A DNA stretch of 64,000 nt from NCBI RefSeq assembly GCF_009914755.1, contig NC_060929.1; one strand, 5' to 3'. A program made the translations under genes and the position numbers. Below are positions 1 to 13,230 of the stretch, in pieces (within the stretch, counting starts at the first letter, position 1; every line of letters begins with the position of its first letter). Under the pieces are notes generated by a model, which was not told where the DNA came from, ran no database searches, and was given only the letters and a program-made list of their open reading frames with translations. The DNA is from the human T2T-CHM13v2.0 reference genome, Homo sapiens.

Positions 1-958
1 GACACAGAAGCCTCTCATACAGACAGGAAGCAAATGAATGGCAGGGGATGTGAGTTTGGATGGAAGGGCTGTCATGGGGATTCAGATTGGATTCTAGAGT
101 CAGGTGCATTGTGGTCCTTGCCTGATGCAGGAGGTTTGGACTCAGATTTTTCTGAAGACAACATAAGCAGAGAAACAAGGTGTGAAGACAAGCTTGTTTG
201 AGGATGTTGGCACCATGACAAAGTTATTTACTGTACCCCATCCCAGTGCCCAGATGAACAATATGAACATGATAGGGATGCAGTTCACATGTGTTCCATT
301 TTAGAGTTTGCTTTAAAAATTTATATCCATGTCATAACCTTCTGATTAGGATTTGAGAGAACTGATTGTCAAAGTGAACTATATTTTTAGGAAAGTGTTA
401 TTTTATATTATTCTGATGCTATAAAAGCCAAGATTGCTAAACTGAAGGACTCTGTAACGTGAGAAGCATATCATATTCTAAGTATCCCTAAGGTGTCTCT
501 CTTGACCTCAGCACTAACAGCTGGTAATGGCAGGGATTGCTGTTATTTCACATGTGACCCACGATGGTGAGACATACTCACCCACCCAGGGCGAGGGGGA
601 AGAGGGGAGATTGCCACATATTTCCAGCTGGCATAGCAATTGTAGTATTAAGAAGGTGAAAGATTCATATCTAATCAAATAACCTCAGATAAGTGTGTCC
701 TGGGCTGTTGTCCCTGTGGCTTTAACAAGTCACTTGGTGATGCACAAACTGAATGCAGCTGAACTCTGCCCAGGGCTGTGATGACTGCTTTTCATAGCTT
801 TGAATTCTATTAAAAACCAGAATGAAAATGCTTCTTGTAAAATGCTTGTCTTTTAAAAACGTAAACAAGATGATATAATTTATCCAGAGTTGAGGAAATA
901 TATCCAGTTTAAATTTTATATACATTTAAAGGCAGCCTACATATAACATAGAAATGAG

Positions 959-1020
959 CTATCTATCTATCTATCTATCATCATCATTGTCATTGTCATC
1001 GTCATCATCATCATCATCAC
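959..1020. repeat. Compound microsatellite (CTAT)n followed by degenerate (CAT)n
   Basis: ctatctatctatctatctatcatcatcattgtcattgtcatcgtcatcatcatcatcatc read directly. Confidence 0.95.
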
Positions 1021-1371
1021 CTATTGTATTTGTTTTTGCTCTGTAAGTTACCACACACTTAGTGGTTTAAATCATCGCCTAATTATTCTCTCACAGTTCC
1101 CTAACTCAGAAGCCTGTGGAGGCTCAGCTGGGCTCTCTGCTCAGTGTCTCACAAGGCTGAAATCAAGGAGTCGGCCCAATAAGGCTCTTCCCTGGAGGCT
1201 TGGAGGATGAATCCCTTTCAAGTTTCTTCAGGTGGTTGACAAAACCCAGTTTCTCACAATTGTAAGACTAAAGCACCTGCGTCCTTGTTGTATGTTGGCC
1301 AGGGGTTGTTCTCAGCTGCTGGAGTTTCCCTCAGCTCCTGAAAGCTTCTGTCTTATCCCCGAATGTGGCCC

Positions 1372-2292
1372 TGTTCTAAAATACGGTGTATTAATAGAAA
1401 ATTTGAGACTCAGTAAAGCCAACAGATTGGGAGATAATTGCCATTAAAAAATACAGTTTGTTGGTCACAGTCCCCAGAGGAGCAAGTTACACCACATCAC
1501 AGGTGGCCACCAGGTGGGTCAGGAGGGAGAGGGAGCAGGAGAAATGTGGGCAAGAGCCTTGACTGTGGTTTTCATCAGGAGGGAACAGGTGAGGCAGGGC
1601 AGCATGCTCCAGATTGGTGAGTTTGAATAATTTCAGCAGGCTCTGAAGCGTAGGGGCTGTCTCTAGTTGTGGGACCAGTGCAATTTTCCCATAGAACTGA
1701 AGCTTTAGAAACTTACATTTGTTTTATCTGAGTTCCTTTCTCAGGAAACTAATAGGCCATCCAGATAGTACAATATCAGGAAACTGAAATTTCCCAGATC
1801 ACTGTATCTGGACAGTAAGATGCACCTGCTGCCTGCTAAAAAAAACTCCTCTTTCTTATGCCTCCTTAATTCCCTGCTATGTAAACCCTTTAATCAGTTA
1901 GAGATTAATTTGAGATTGATGTTCTGTTTCTGGCTGACGTCACCAGCATTAAAGTCTTTCTTTCCTGGCAACACTTGTTGTCTCAGTGATTGGCTTTCTG
2001 TGTGGTGAGCAACTGGACCTAAGCTGAACCCCTAGTGTTTTGGCAGCAGTTGTCTGATACCTGGCCTTGGGATGATTAGGGCAGGGGTGCATAGTGGTCT
2101 TCTGTGAAAAAAGGGGGTGATTGAGGGTATGTGCTCTGGATCGGTTGATTTGCATTTAAAAGGCATATTTCAGGTGAGCTGTTTGCTATGTTTAGAACTG
2201 GTTAACCCTGGGAAGGGCAGTCTCTCCAGAGTCAGCAAGGCCCCAGATGTTAAAGCATTAGAATACAGAAAATAAAAGACATGATTAATACA
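1372..2292 (-). mobile_element. ERVL-class solo LTR (MER54/MER74-like), itself interrupted at 1670-2048
   Basis: TG...CA ends; gattggtgagtttgaataatttcagcaggctctg...ggggctgtctctagttg continues as tctgatacctggccttgggatgattagggcagg after the insert; subfamily from memory. Confidence 0.65.
1670..2048 (+). mobile_element. ERV1-class solo LTR with 4-bp TSD
   Basis: TG at 1670, CA at 2047-2048, gttg duplicated at 1666-1669 and 2049-2052, attaaa polyA-like signal; family not pinned down. Confidence 0.7.
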
Positions 2293-2602
2293 GTCACCTC
2301 CATTTTCAAAGCCAGCAACCGTGCATGGAATTCTTCTCATGCCTTGATTCTCTCTGACTTCTCATTCTGCCCCCATCCAGAGAAAACTCTGTTGTTCAGG
2401 GCTCATGTGTTTAGACTAGACCCACCTGGATAACCTCCCTTCCAAGTAACTCAGAGTCAACCATTAAATAACCTTAATTACATCTGTAAATTTTCTTTTG
2501 CCATGTGCATGCTGTAGTCATGGGATGATATCCCATTGTATTCACAGTCCTGGAGATTAGGGTAGATTAAATTAAGGCATTGGCAGGCCATGTTGGGATT
2601 CC

Positions 2603-2688
2603 ATATATATATATATATGGAAGATATGAAAGAATTATATATATAGGAAAATATGGAAAAATTATATATATATAAAAATATATATATA
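2603..2688. repeat. (TA)n-rich low-complexity tract
   Basis: Read directly. Confidence 0.85.
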
Positions 2689-2714
2689 GTGTTTGATCAT
2701 TGAAGAACATTTGA

Positions 2715-3012
2715 GGCTAGGCATGGCCCAGTGCTTTGGGATGCCAAGGTGGGCAGATAAAATCACTTGAGGCCAGGAGTTGGAGACCAGCCTGGCCAAC
2801 ATGGCAAAATCCCATCTCTACCAAAAATATAAAAATTGGCCAGCATGATGGCACACACCTGTAATCCCAGCTACTGAGGTGGCTGAGGTACGAGAATTGC
2901 TTGAACTGAGGAGGGGGATGGAGGTTACAGTGAGCTGAGATTGCACCACTGCACTCCAGCCTGGGTGACAGAGCAAGACCCTGCCCTGTCTCAAAAAAAA
3001 TAAAAAATAAAA
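2715..3012 (+). mobile_element. Alu (old, AluJ-like) with a small 5' deletion
   Basis: Dimeric Alu text, A tail, TSD aagaacatttga (2703-2714) / aagaatatttga (3013-3024). Confidence 0.95.
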
Positions 3013-4190
3013 AAGAATATTTGAAAAAATATGAAAAACTACACAGAGGAAAATAAAAACCACTTATCATTTTGTCACTATTAATATGTTTCCTTTGAGT
3101 TTTTATCATCCATATTATTTTCACAGCTAGAATAAAAATGTATTCACAGTTATGTGCCCTTTTGAATTTCAAAAAATTTTCCATGTCATTGTACACTCCT
3201 TGTAATAATAATTGTCAGCATCTGTAAACATTTACAAATGAATAACTTAATATCGGGTATTTAAGTGATCTCAAAGCTTTGTTAATATTTATGATTATTC
3301 TGAAAGGAGGTTCCTAGAAATAGTATTACTAGCTAGGAAGCTGTAAACATTTATGTCTCTTGATTTATGCTCTCAAAACAGCAGAATCTGGTATCTTTCT
3401 CTTTGTCTTCTTGTTTCCTTCCTGTCTCCCTCTCTTCGCTTTTTTTAGTATTTAAGTTTTCAAAAATAGAATATAAAGATAGAAAAGATATCCCAAATTC
3501 ATCACTTTTTTTTCCTATGAACAAAGAAAAACTCATTCTTCATTATCTACTTCATTGTCTACACAAAGCCACTTGAGTATGAAACCCATTCTACACCTGC
3601 TTGACTATTAATAAGCAACTGCCTTTTAGTATAGAATAATCAGAGATGGGACTCACTTAAATGATATGATTTCTGAAATCCCCACTAGTAGTCCAAGGAA
3701 AGATAGAAGCTGCTTTTCTTTCTAACATGCTTTTCCCTGGTTCCCAGGATCATGTGCCAACCCGGTACTTATAGGGAGGTTCCTTATGGAATCCCACAGG
3801 AGTCCAATCCTTGAGCACTTTTCTCGCTTTGGTTTCTGTGAACCCCTACCTGTCCATGGTATATTCTCTCATCTGTCTGCTTGTAATTTTCCCAGGGGAC
3901 CATTGGGTGAATTAAGTAGCTATTATCCAAATAGGTTAGTGGGTTTGTTTTAAATAGGTTTATTGTTTTGTTTGTCACATTCTACAGCATTGAATTGTAA
4001 TGTAATCTTGTCCTACAGGCAGAGGCTCACCTAACATGAAAGGTTTTAATTTTTGCCATTTAAGCACTACTGTGGACTGGATTTCAGTAGATGGGCTCCT
4101 TAAATCAGATGATGCTAATTAGTCCACAGACTCCTAGGGTTAGAGAAGGTGGTAAAGGGGTCTCCTGAAAAATTTGATGGATATTTCCAA

Positions 4191-4529
4191 TGAGTAACAG
4201 CCAAGTATAAAGAGGTCCCCAGAGAACCTCTGCCTGGACTGCATACTGGGACGAGTGTGCACTGGGGTCGAGTCTGGGGAAGTTCAGGCTGTTTGTCGGG
4301 CCGGGGAGGAGCCTGGCCTCTCCTGATCCTGGGTGGTAACCTGGGATTCAGTCTGTGAGGCAGGAAGCCCACTGGCAGGACTCTTGCCTTGCTGAGAGTC
4401 CTTGTTTCCCCCTTTTTTCCTTTTCACCCAATAAATTCTGCCCTTCTTACCCTTAAAAGTGTCAAATCTTTCATGGTCGTGTGACAAGAACCCAGCTTTT
4501 AGTTGAACTGAGGAGAAAGTCCTAAAACA
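4191..4529 (+). mobile_element. MER61-like ERV1 solo LTR
   Basis: cagccaagtataaagaggtccccagagaacctc...ggggaggagcctggcctctcctg...cccaataaa...tgaggagaaagtcctaaaaca resembles the MER61 consensus. Confidence 0.8.
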
Positions 4530-5700
4530 TTACCACTTCAATTATTAACTGTATCCATGTGCCTGTTTCAGAAGCTTCCATGGTTCATTGCTGCTATTGG
4601 TCATCTCTACAAAAGGGAATGTCTGAATGGCAGACATACTTGGTAAATTCAAGACATTGCCTTTTCTCCCTAGCAGGAATTCAGCCTTGTTAATATTTAA
4701 GATTTATCAACAGTTCTCTTTAAGGTCCAAACCCTTACTTATGCTAAAATTGATCATTGTGCTAACATGAAAGGATTAATCAGCTGCAAATTTAATTAAT
4801 CTAATGTGATTTTCTATAGCTTAGCCTGTTTCACATTGTTCACAGCCTAACATGGAAGCCGACTTTACCAAGGATCTTTGAGGTGGGTGCTGCACACTGG
4901 TTCAAGCACATGAGTATAGAAGGGTACCTCTCACTTACCCCTTGATGGATCTCAAAGTTTCAACTCAGTATTTGCTTCTCACCGTACAAAATTTTTATAC
5001 TACTCTAAATTATGCTATAGTAAATTATGTTAGTTTGAAGTGTTATGGGATAAGAAATTAATACTTTGACAATAAGTGTTAGGTAGCTGGGGATGAAACT
5101 TGATTACTGCTAGCCTTTTTATTTTTATTTTTTGTAAAATGCAATTAGGCCTATAAGCAGATAGGCTTGCTTCTACACCCCTAAATTCTACTTATCTGCT
5201 CACCTAGTCACTGAGTTAGTCCTCCCCTAGAAGAAAGCCCCTCACAGCATGATCGAGAACAGAGTAGCTTGCGTGTTCTGTGCAGGTAGGTAGAATGTGC
5301 GGGGGAGAAGAAGGGACTGCTCAGGCATGCCCACTTTCTTCTCCCAAACCCACCAATGGGTGAAGCCATTTCAACTGCCCTGACTGGGATGAGTAAGGGA
5401 TAGGACAAAGGGCTGGGAGTGACATTCCTATGTAGCTCCTTCTCTGCGCAAGACAATGAAAAGGACAAAAATGATCTTTCTGACGGCCTTCAGGACAGGA
5501 TGAGTGAACCAGCCAGTTATTGTGCATTTTCCAGAAGGCAGATTTGGAAGCTTTTGTTTATAAACACAGCTTTCACTAAATGCTTAGTCTAGTCTGTGGA
5601 TTCCCTAAGATCTCTGCATTTTCTCTTTCTCTCTCTGTTTCTCCTTTAGGCCTCACGGATATATTTTGTTCTGTACCGAGTCTACCAACACACGGTAGAG

Positions 5701-6070
5701 TGTATGAGTCAGGCTTTTCTGTGATAATGCTGTGTATCAAACAAGCCCAAGTATCAGGGGCTTACAAGAGCAGGTCATTTTTTCTAGCTCCAAGTTTTGC
5801 ACCTTGGCAGGGCTTGGCTGCATCAGGCTCCAGACTGTGTTGGGTTAAGGTTTCCTCTGTGTGTTTTCCCACTGTGGGACCGTGGGTACGTGGGACCTTT
5901 CTCATGGCAGAAGACAGAATCACAAGAGCTGAGTAAAGTCATTAGGTGGCATCTGAAGCTTCTGCTTGCATCATGCCTGCTTGTATTCAACCAGCCAGTG
6001 CAACACATGTGTTCGGGCCCAACATCATGGGGAGGGCAGGGTGATATTTGCTAAACAGCAATACAATCTA
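5701..6070 (-). mobile_element. Old MLT1 (J/K-like) MaLR LTR
   Basis: tgtatgagtcagg...ataatgctgtgtatcaaacaagcccaa...cttctcatggcagaag; heavily diverged. Confidence 0.5.
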
Positions 6071-7134
6071 CCAGACAAAAGATAAAGTGGGGCAGGCAAA
6101 CATGGGAGTGGCCAGGACTGCATGTAGTGACCCATTTCTTTGGTTTGGTATCTTCTTTCTGGCTCTGGAGTCAGATAGAACTGGGTTTGAATCCTGACCA
6201 CAGACCCATGAGTTGCACTAGGTGATTTGTGACTGAGAGAGGCAGGTTGAATAGCCAGATGAATTCCTGGGGCAAGAGTATTCCACAGGAAGAGAATGGT
6301 AGAGACCAAGGCAGCAGTGTATTTTGGATAATGGTGACCCAGCAGTTCAAGGAAGGAGCAACGTCTGAAGAAGTTGCCATGGAGGAGGGATGGTGTATTT
6401 ACATATTTAGGTAGATAAGAGAAAATAAAGCTAGTTTATTGGCTCATGTGAAAGATTCCAGAAGAGAAGGAGAGGCTGAAGTTCAGAAGAGAGAAAGACC
6501 ACAGGCAGATCTGAGGTACCGGCAGAGATGCCGTCATGAGCACAGATGGGCTTGTCTCCAAATCCCTTGGATGACCAGGGTGAAGATATTGGTTGGTGGG
6601 GAAACAAAAGAAATTGAATCACTCTTGTGGATGAACAAGAAGGGAAATTATCCAAGCATGGCGTAGTAGGGGCTGCATGTGTGTTCTGAAGAGAGGAAAA
6701 GACTGATGTGTCACAGCAGTCATGAAGAGAGAGCAGGTTAGGGGTAGAAGGAGGGTAGTGCCATTGAGATGAGAAAGATGACTTTGCTGTGACCTCAGTT
6801 CCCATATATCTGCATTTTCCCCATCAGCACTGAGCTTCTGTGGGCTAGAAGCTGGGGAAATAGGCGGAAGGCCCAGCAGGTGCCTGAGCAGAGGGCTAAT
6901 GTGCTGGTTTAGACCAGTCCTGGCAATTAAGCCTCTGATCCCAGCGTCGGGGAAGGGATTAAGCCCAGATGTGGTTCATTCTAGTGTCCAGGAGGACAGC
7001 AGGAGATGCAGTGGGAAGGAAACTTTCAGAAGCAAACCCTGACTCTATTACCAACCCCCAGTGTGGAATAGCGAGGAAAACCATCTACAACCCACCACCC
7101 CCCAGCTTTTATCTTCTCTTGACTCACTCTTCAT

Positions 7135-7311
7135 CAGGATGGGCTGCATAATTTTCAAGGCCTGGTGCAAAAATTAAAAGGCAGGGACCCTTGCTCACAA
7201 ATGATGAATTTCAAGATGGTGACAGCAGAGTATTAAGCCAAGCCTGGGGCCTTCTAAGTGCAGGGCGGCCCTGTGGGACTACAGGAGTCATATGCCAGGA
7301 AGCCAGTTCTT
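7135..7311 (-). mobile_element. MER45A-like hAT (Tip100) MITE
   Basis: ggctgcataattttcaaggcctggtgcaaaaattaaaa...aatttcaagatggtgacagcagagtattaagccaagc...gaagccagttct resembles reverse MER45A. Confidence 0.8.
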
Positions 7312-8001
7312 AGCCCTTGGCTCTCAGCCCACATGCCTCCTGTGCGTTTTCTCCCCTCTCCATTTTTGAATACGCCGCCTCCTCTCTCCTCATGGTTCCT
7401 GCTCACCTTCTACTGTAGAATCAAAATCCATTTCTAAGTCAGCTCTTCATGCTTCCCCAGGACTCTTTCAGTGTCCATCAGCGCACTTATCTTTCCATGC
7501 TTAGCATATATTCTACATAAGGTTGTTGAGTGAATGAGTGAACAAATAAATAAATGGTGAACTTTGAAGAGTCACGTCCAGTGGAATAAACCAGAAGGAA
7601 CTCTGTCCCCTGTACCCCTGTAAGGGAATGAGAGTCTCCAGGTTCCTCTCACACTGAAGAAAGTGTTATAAGAGTTCTGATGTGCTGCAATCACTTAATT
7701 CATGAACTTGTTAAGGCTCTGCCCCATAACAAAAGAGATCAGAAAATGCATGGTGTGAAAATTATGATTTACTCCTAAACCTTAAAAATGTACATGACTT
7801 AATATTTGCTTTAAAATTGGTCTTTGCTTTTTTCCCCAAAACTATTTGAGCCTGTTGATAAGAAAAGAAACATGAGCTGAGTCATTCGGATGGACACAAA
7901 ACCTCAACATTATTAACAGGCAGGGGAAGGCAAGGACACTGCACACAGGTACACGGTAATATAGTTCTTATGTTTGAACATTGGACTTGACAAAGGACTT
8001 C

Positions 8002-8273
8002 TTTTTTTTGAGATAGGGTCTTGTTCTGTTGCCCAGGCTGGAGTGCAGTGGCGCCATCTGCCTCCTGGGTTCAAGAGATTCTCCTGCCTCTGCCACCTGA
8101 GTAGCTGGGATTACAGGCATGTACCACCATGCCTGGTGAATTTTTGTATTTATAGTAGAGATGGGGTTTTACCATGTTGCCCAGGCTGGTCTCGAACTCC
8201 GGAGCTCAAGTGATCCACTTGCTTTGGCCTCTCAAAGTGCTGAGATTACAGGCTTAAGCTACTGTGCCTGGCC
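8002..8273 (-). mobile_element. Alu (old J/S) with an internal deletion of about 20 bp
   Basis: Reverse Alu text ttttgagatagggtcttg...actgtgcctggcc. Confidence 0.95.
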
Positions 8274-9656
8274 AAATTAGGTGCAGAACTTCTTGAAGCT
8301 ATAGCAGAGACAGGGGAGACACGGTTCTATAGGATTCTGGTGGTCGGATCATGTTCTGAGTGGTGCAGAAGACTGCGCTGTAGATGTGTCATGGATGGAC
8401 CCAGCATCCCAACCTGTCTAGAGAAGCCGCATCTCTCCACAAGGATCCTGGGGTCCCCAGCACAGGGGCTGACAAAGGGATCATTTTTCACCTGATGCTT
8501 CAGCCCCAGCTACTAACTGGAATTCATGAGAACGAGTCTGTCAAGGTAGGGGCTTCCTCCACTGAGGCCAGGTGGGTGCCACAGTCCAGGACCACCCAAA
8601 GAGCGCAGGGCCAAGTAAGGAGCCCAGGACCACCCAGGCCATGTTCACCAGGCACCCTGAACCCCAGGCTCCTGGCTTCCACTTGGAAAGACAGGGCCAG
8701 CCTTGGGGAGTTAGAGCAGGAGGGATTTGCCCTGAGCCTTGAGTAGAGCAGGTCTGCATCACCCTAGGGGGTCTTTCCCAGCTGGTGCTCTGGAAGCTCA
8801 CCCAGGCCAATCTTTTCTCACTCGTTCCAGGGAAGCCCATGTAGAAAGAGAAGGAACGGGGCTCGGCACAGGGAGGCACTGTTTAGTTTTACTTAAAAGC
8901 TGAGAGTATATTACCAACCTGTGGTCTAGTGAGGGCTTATGTTTGGGGAGATGAGCTCATGTCATCAGGAGTGCTGCTTCCTGACCTCCTAGCTCAGTGG
9001 GAAAACAGCTTAAAAACTTTGTGGGATCAGGAGGAGCATGTCCTGGTGCATCCCTCTGTCTTTCTCACATTGGCTGTTGACAGTCACAATGGGCCTTTGA
9101 CAGGAGCTGGGCAGTAGCTAATTAGGAGCTCAGAGGGGAGATGTTCTGTGTTGTGAATTGAAGGGTGTCCTAGGGCTGGAATTTTAGAAGTGTCAGTAAT
9201 GGTGTTTTCATTGTTATGTAAATTAAACAGGCACACTCCCACCCTCCCAACAGAGGATCAGCCCACCTGACACACTTGACAGAGGTGAAGAAGTTGGGGA
9301 GAAAGGAGGTTCATAGGGTTGTGCATAGGCAAAAGGCAGAAGTGGCATTTCTGCGTGAGACACCCAGAAAAGGTAAAAATATTTTAATGTTATACATCCC
9401 AAGGACAGTTAAGTGATTTTCCTTCAAATACAGAGAATGATCTAAAACAAAGCTAAGCAAAATTGTACACAATTTGGAAGAGACACAAGCTTAATAATCC
9501 AATCTTTATGACTAAGGCAAAATAGAATAAACAATGAAAAATATCTCAGCAGGAACTTTTGAAATAGCAAGTTTATGGAAACTTTCTTTGATCATGTTGA
9601 AACACAACTGAAACTAAATATAAATTATATTTGTATATAATATATACATTATATTT

Positions 9657-9932
9657 TGATATGGTTTGGCTGTGCCCCCACTCAAAGCTCATCTCAAATT
9701 GTAATCCCCATAATCCCCACCTGTTGAGGGAGGGACCTGGTGGGAGGTGACTGGATCATGGGGGTGGTTTCCTCATGCTGTTCTTATAATAGTGAGTGAG
9801 TTCTCTCAAGCTCTGATGATTTTATAAATGTTTGACAGTTTCTCCTTCACATGCGCTCTCTCTCACCTGCCACCATGTTAAACATGCCTGCTTCCCCTTC
9901 CACCATGATTGTAAGTGTCCTGAGGCCTCCCA
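9657..9932 (+). mobile_element. THE1/MST MaLR LTR, 3'-truncated
   Basis: tgatatggtttggctgtg...ccaccatgattgtaagtgtcctgaggcctccc; LTR 3' end absent. Confidence 0.9.
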
Positions 9933-11770
9933 AGGACATTATTCACAGAACTAGAAAAAACTATTTTAAAATTCATATGGAACAAAAATGAGCCTGAATA
10001 GCTAAGGCAATCCTAGGCAAAAATAAACCAACCAAGGCTGGAGGCATCATGCTACCTGACTTCAAACTATACTACAGGGCTACAGTAACTGAAACAGCAT
10101 GGTACTGGTACAAAAACAGACACATCAACCAATAGAACAGAATAGAGAGCCCAGAAAGAAGACTGCATGCCTATAACCAGCTGATCTTTGACAATGCTGA
10201 CAAAAACAAACAATGGGGAAAGTACTCCCTATTTGATAAATGATGCTGGGATAACCATATGCAGAAGATTGAAAGCGGACTCCTTCTTTACATCATATAC
10301 ACAGATCAACTCAAGATGGATTAAAGACTTAAATGTAAAATCTGAAACTATAAAAACCCTGAAGACAACCTAGGCAGTACCATTCAGGACATAGTCATGG
10401 GCAAAGCTTTCATAAGGAAGACTAAAAGCTATCATGACAAAAGCAAAAATTGACAAGTGGGATCTAATTATACTAAACAGCTTCTGCACAGTAAAATAAA
10501 CTATCAACAGAGTAAACAGATAACCTACAGAATAGGAGAAAATATTAATATTTGCAAACTGTGCATCTGGCAAAGGTCTAATATCCAGCATCTATAAGGA
10601 ACTTAGATACTTTTACAAGAAAAAATGAAACAACTCCATTAAAAAGTGGGCAAAGGACATGAACAAACACTTTTCAAAAGACATATATGCAGCCAACAAG
10701 CATATGAGAAAAAGCTCAATATTACTGATCATTAGAGAAATGCAAATCAAAACCACAATGAGACACCATCTTACACCAGTCAGAAAGGGTATTACTAAAA
10801 AGTCAAAAAATAACAGATGTTGGTGAGGTTGCAGAGAAAAGGGAACACTTATACACTGTTGGTGGGAGTGTAAATTAGTTCAACCATTGTGGAACGCAGT
10901 GTGGCGATTCTTCAGAGCTAAAAACAACTACCATTCGACCCAGCAATTCCATTACTGGATATATACTCCCCAAAATGTAAATCATTCTACCATAAAGACA
11001 CATGGATGCGTATGTTCATCGCAGCACTATTCACAATAGCAAAGACATGGAATCAACCTGAATGCCCATTAATGGTAGACTGGATAAAGAAAATGTTGTA
11101 CCTATACACCAGGGAATACTATGCAGCCATAAAAAAGAACAAGATCATGTCCTTTGCAGGAACATGGAGCTGGAGGCCACCATCTTTAGCAGTAACACAG
11201 GGACAGAAAACCAAATACTGAATGTTCTCACTTGTAAGTGGGAGCTAAATGATAAGAACTTATAAACACAAGGCTGGGTGTGGTGGCTCTCTTCTGTAAT
11301 TCCAGAACTTTGGAAGGCTGAGCTGGGGGATCTCTTGAGGCTAGGAGTTCGAGGCCAGCCTGGCCAACATGGTGAACCCCCCAGCTTTACTAAAAATACA
11401 AAAATTAGCCGGGCATGGTGGCACATACCTGTGATACCAGCTATTCATGAGGCTGAGGCACGAGAATCACTTGAACCCTGGAGGCGGAGGTTGCAGTGAA
11501 CCAGGATAGTGCCACTGCACTCCAGCATGGGTGAGGAAGCGAGACTTTATAAAAAAAAAAAAACTATGAACACAAAGAAGGAAACAGCAGACACTGGGGT
11601 CTAGTTGAGGGTGGAGGGTAGAAGGAGAAAGAGGATCAGAAAAAATAACCATTGAGTACTAGGCTTAGTACCCAGGTAATGAAACAATATGTACAACAAA
11701 CCTCTGTGACACGAGTTTACCTATATAACAAACCTGCACATGGGCCACTGAGCCTAAAATAAAAGAAAGA
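9933..11770 (+). mobile_element. L1PA (about L1PA13-16), 5'-truncated: ORF2 3' part plus 3'UTR, interrupted by an Alu
   Basis: ORF2-like peptides ([28 protein letters not shown]) and 3'UTR ending cctaaaataaaag. Confidence 0.95.
11272..11563 (+). mobile_element. Alu (S-like) inserted in the L1 3'UTR
   Basis: Alu text with degenerate TSD aacttataaacacaa / aactatgaacacaa. Confidence 0.95.
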
Positions 11771-12029
11771 TACAAAAATACGTATTAATGTAGTATATTA
11801 TATGTGTAACATATTATATATTTTATTATAATATTAGATATTGTAATACTGTATTATGATGTACAATACAATAAAAATAAATACCTTTAGGAAGTAAATG
11901 CCCCTGTAGATCTGAAGGACGCTTAGAAAGTCATGGGAGGTTCTAGACCTGCACGTGATCAGAGCATGCCAAGATAAACATCCTCGCAAAGTTTTTCTTT
12001 CCCTAAGACAAGCAGCACAGAGAACACTG

Positions 12030-12230
12030 AGGTCCACATTCCCGGCTTCCTGGTCGGCCTCCTACACTTACTGGCCTGATGACCTTCTGGCTCATTTTGT
12101 TGTGGGTGAAGTGGAGATTATAATGTTGCCAACCTAACAGGACTGGTATGAGGATCCAGTGAGTTAACACACACACGAGGCCTGCAGAGCCGTGCTTGGC
12201 ATTCAGTCAGCTCTCGTGACTGTCAGCCTC
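12030..12230 (+). mobile_element. MIR SINE
   Basis: Core-like gtgaagtggagattataatg...acctaacaggactggtatgaggatccagtgagttaac...gtgcttggcattcagtcagctctc. Confidence 0.65.
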
Positions 12231-13064
12231 AAGGCTACATAAGCCAGTTCTGGGGATGCTGGCCACATGCTTAGAGACAAGGCTGTCCAAAGAAGCCACT
12301 TATTGAAATCCACCTCCGGTTTATAACCTTCTGGCTGGAAATACATTATTGCACTTGGATTTTGTGATATAACTTGAAATAAGCATTGACTGACTTCTTG
12401 TAACTGACCTGGATATGTTGTTGGCTAACATATTATGGAGAACTATTGTATGTGCTTTAGGAAGAAAAGCACTAGTTCATTTCAGTGAAATCAGGTTAAA
12501 AATAATTTAGGAAATAAAATATAGAGTATTGACCCGATTGCTTTTGGAATGTGAGGACTCAAGGCAGCAAGCACTAGTTGCAATCAAGCCCAATTACAGG
12601 CTGTTTCTTTCCGATGCAGAGGCTTACGTCACTATTTTGAGGTTAGAGAATAAAATATCGATTGAACTGGAAATGGAATTCAAAGCAATTTAATAAGCTC
12701 AAATCCTGCTGCTGTTGTTTTCTTCATTTTATTCAAAAAATACTATATGCAGCTGGCCTTATAGCCGTCTGTTTGGGGCAGTTTGTCTGTGGAACAGCTA
12801 ATTAAGGGGAAGAAGATTTGTCATCTTAAAGAATGCTGACAACTCTAACGACTCTCAGGGAAACAAAATCTTGTTAGAAAACTGTCTCTTTTGTTTTCAT
12901 TGCTGCTTATTTGGTGTGTCTTTTTGATGGGCAAGGAGGATATTTGGCTATTCTCTGAAAGGGTGCACACCTTCCTCAGAAGGGAGCAACTCATTTCTAA
13001 GCATTTTAATTTTTCAATTTTTATTTTTCTTGCTCAGTACGCCATTCTATCTCTGTGGTCTAAT

Positions 13065-13230
13065 AAAAATGCTTTTAATCGTGGTTGCAAATACACATAT
13101 ATGTATATATGTAACATAAAATTTGCCATGGTAATCATTTTTGGGTATAGAATTCAGTGGCATTAATTGCATTCACCATGTTCTACAACCATCACCATGA
13201 TCTATTTGCAAAACCTTTTAATCACTCCAA
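13065..13230 (-). mobile_element. Old L1M 3'-end fragment
   Basis: aacataaaatttgccat...aattcagtggcattaattgcattcaccatgttctacaaccatcacca. Confidence 0.75.

Larger units (their letters stand above)
1025..2602 (-). mobile_element. MLT1 (MLT1D/E-like) MaLR LTR, split by a nested insertion into about 1025-1371 and 2293-2602
   Basis: Typical reverse MLT1 text (ttaccacacacttagtggtttaaa...tctcacaaggctgaaatcaagg); resumes at ctccattttcaaagccagcaac...ccttaattacatctgtaaa. Confidence 0.75.

Noticed and set aside
2717-3196. 159-aa ORF and similar ones containing [19 protein letters not shown]
   Set aside because: Antisense Alu translation
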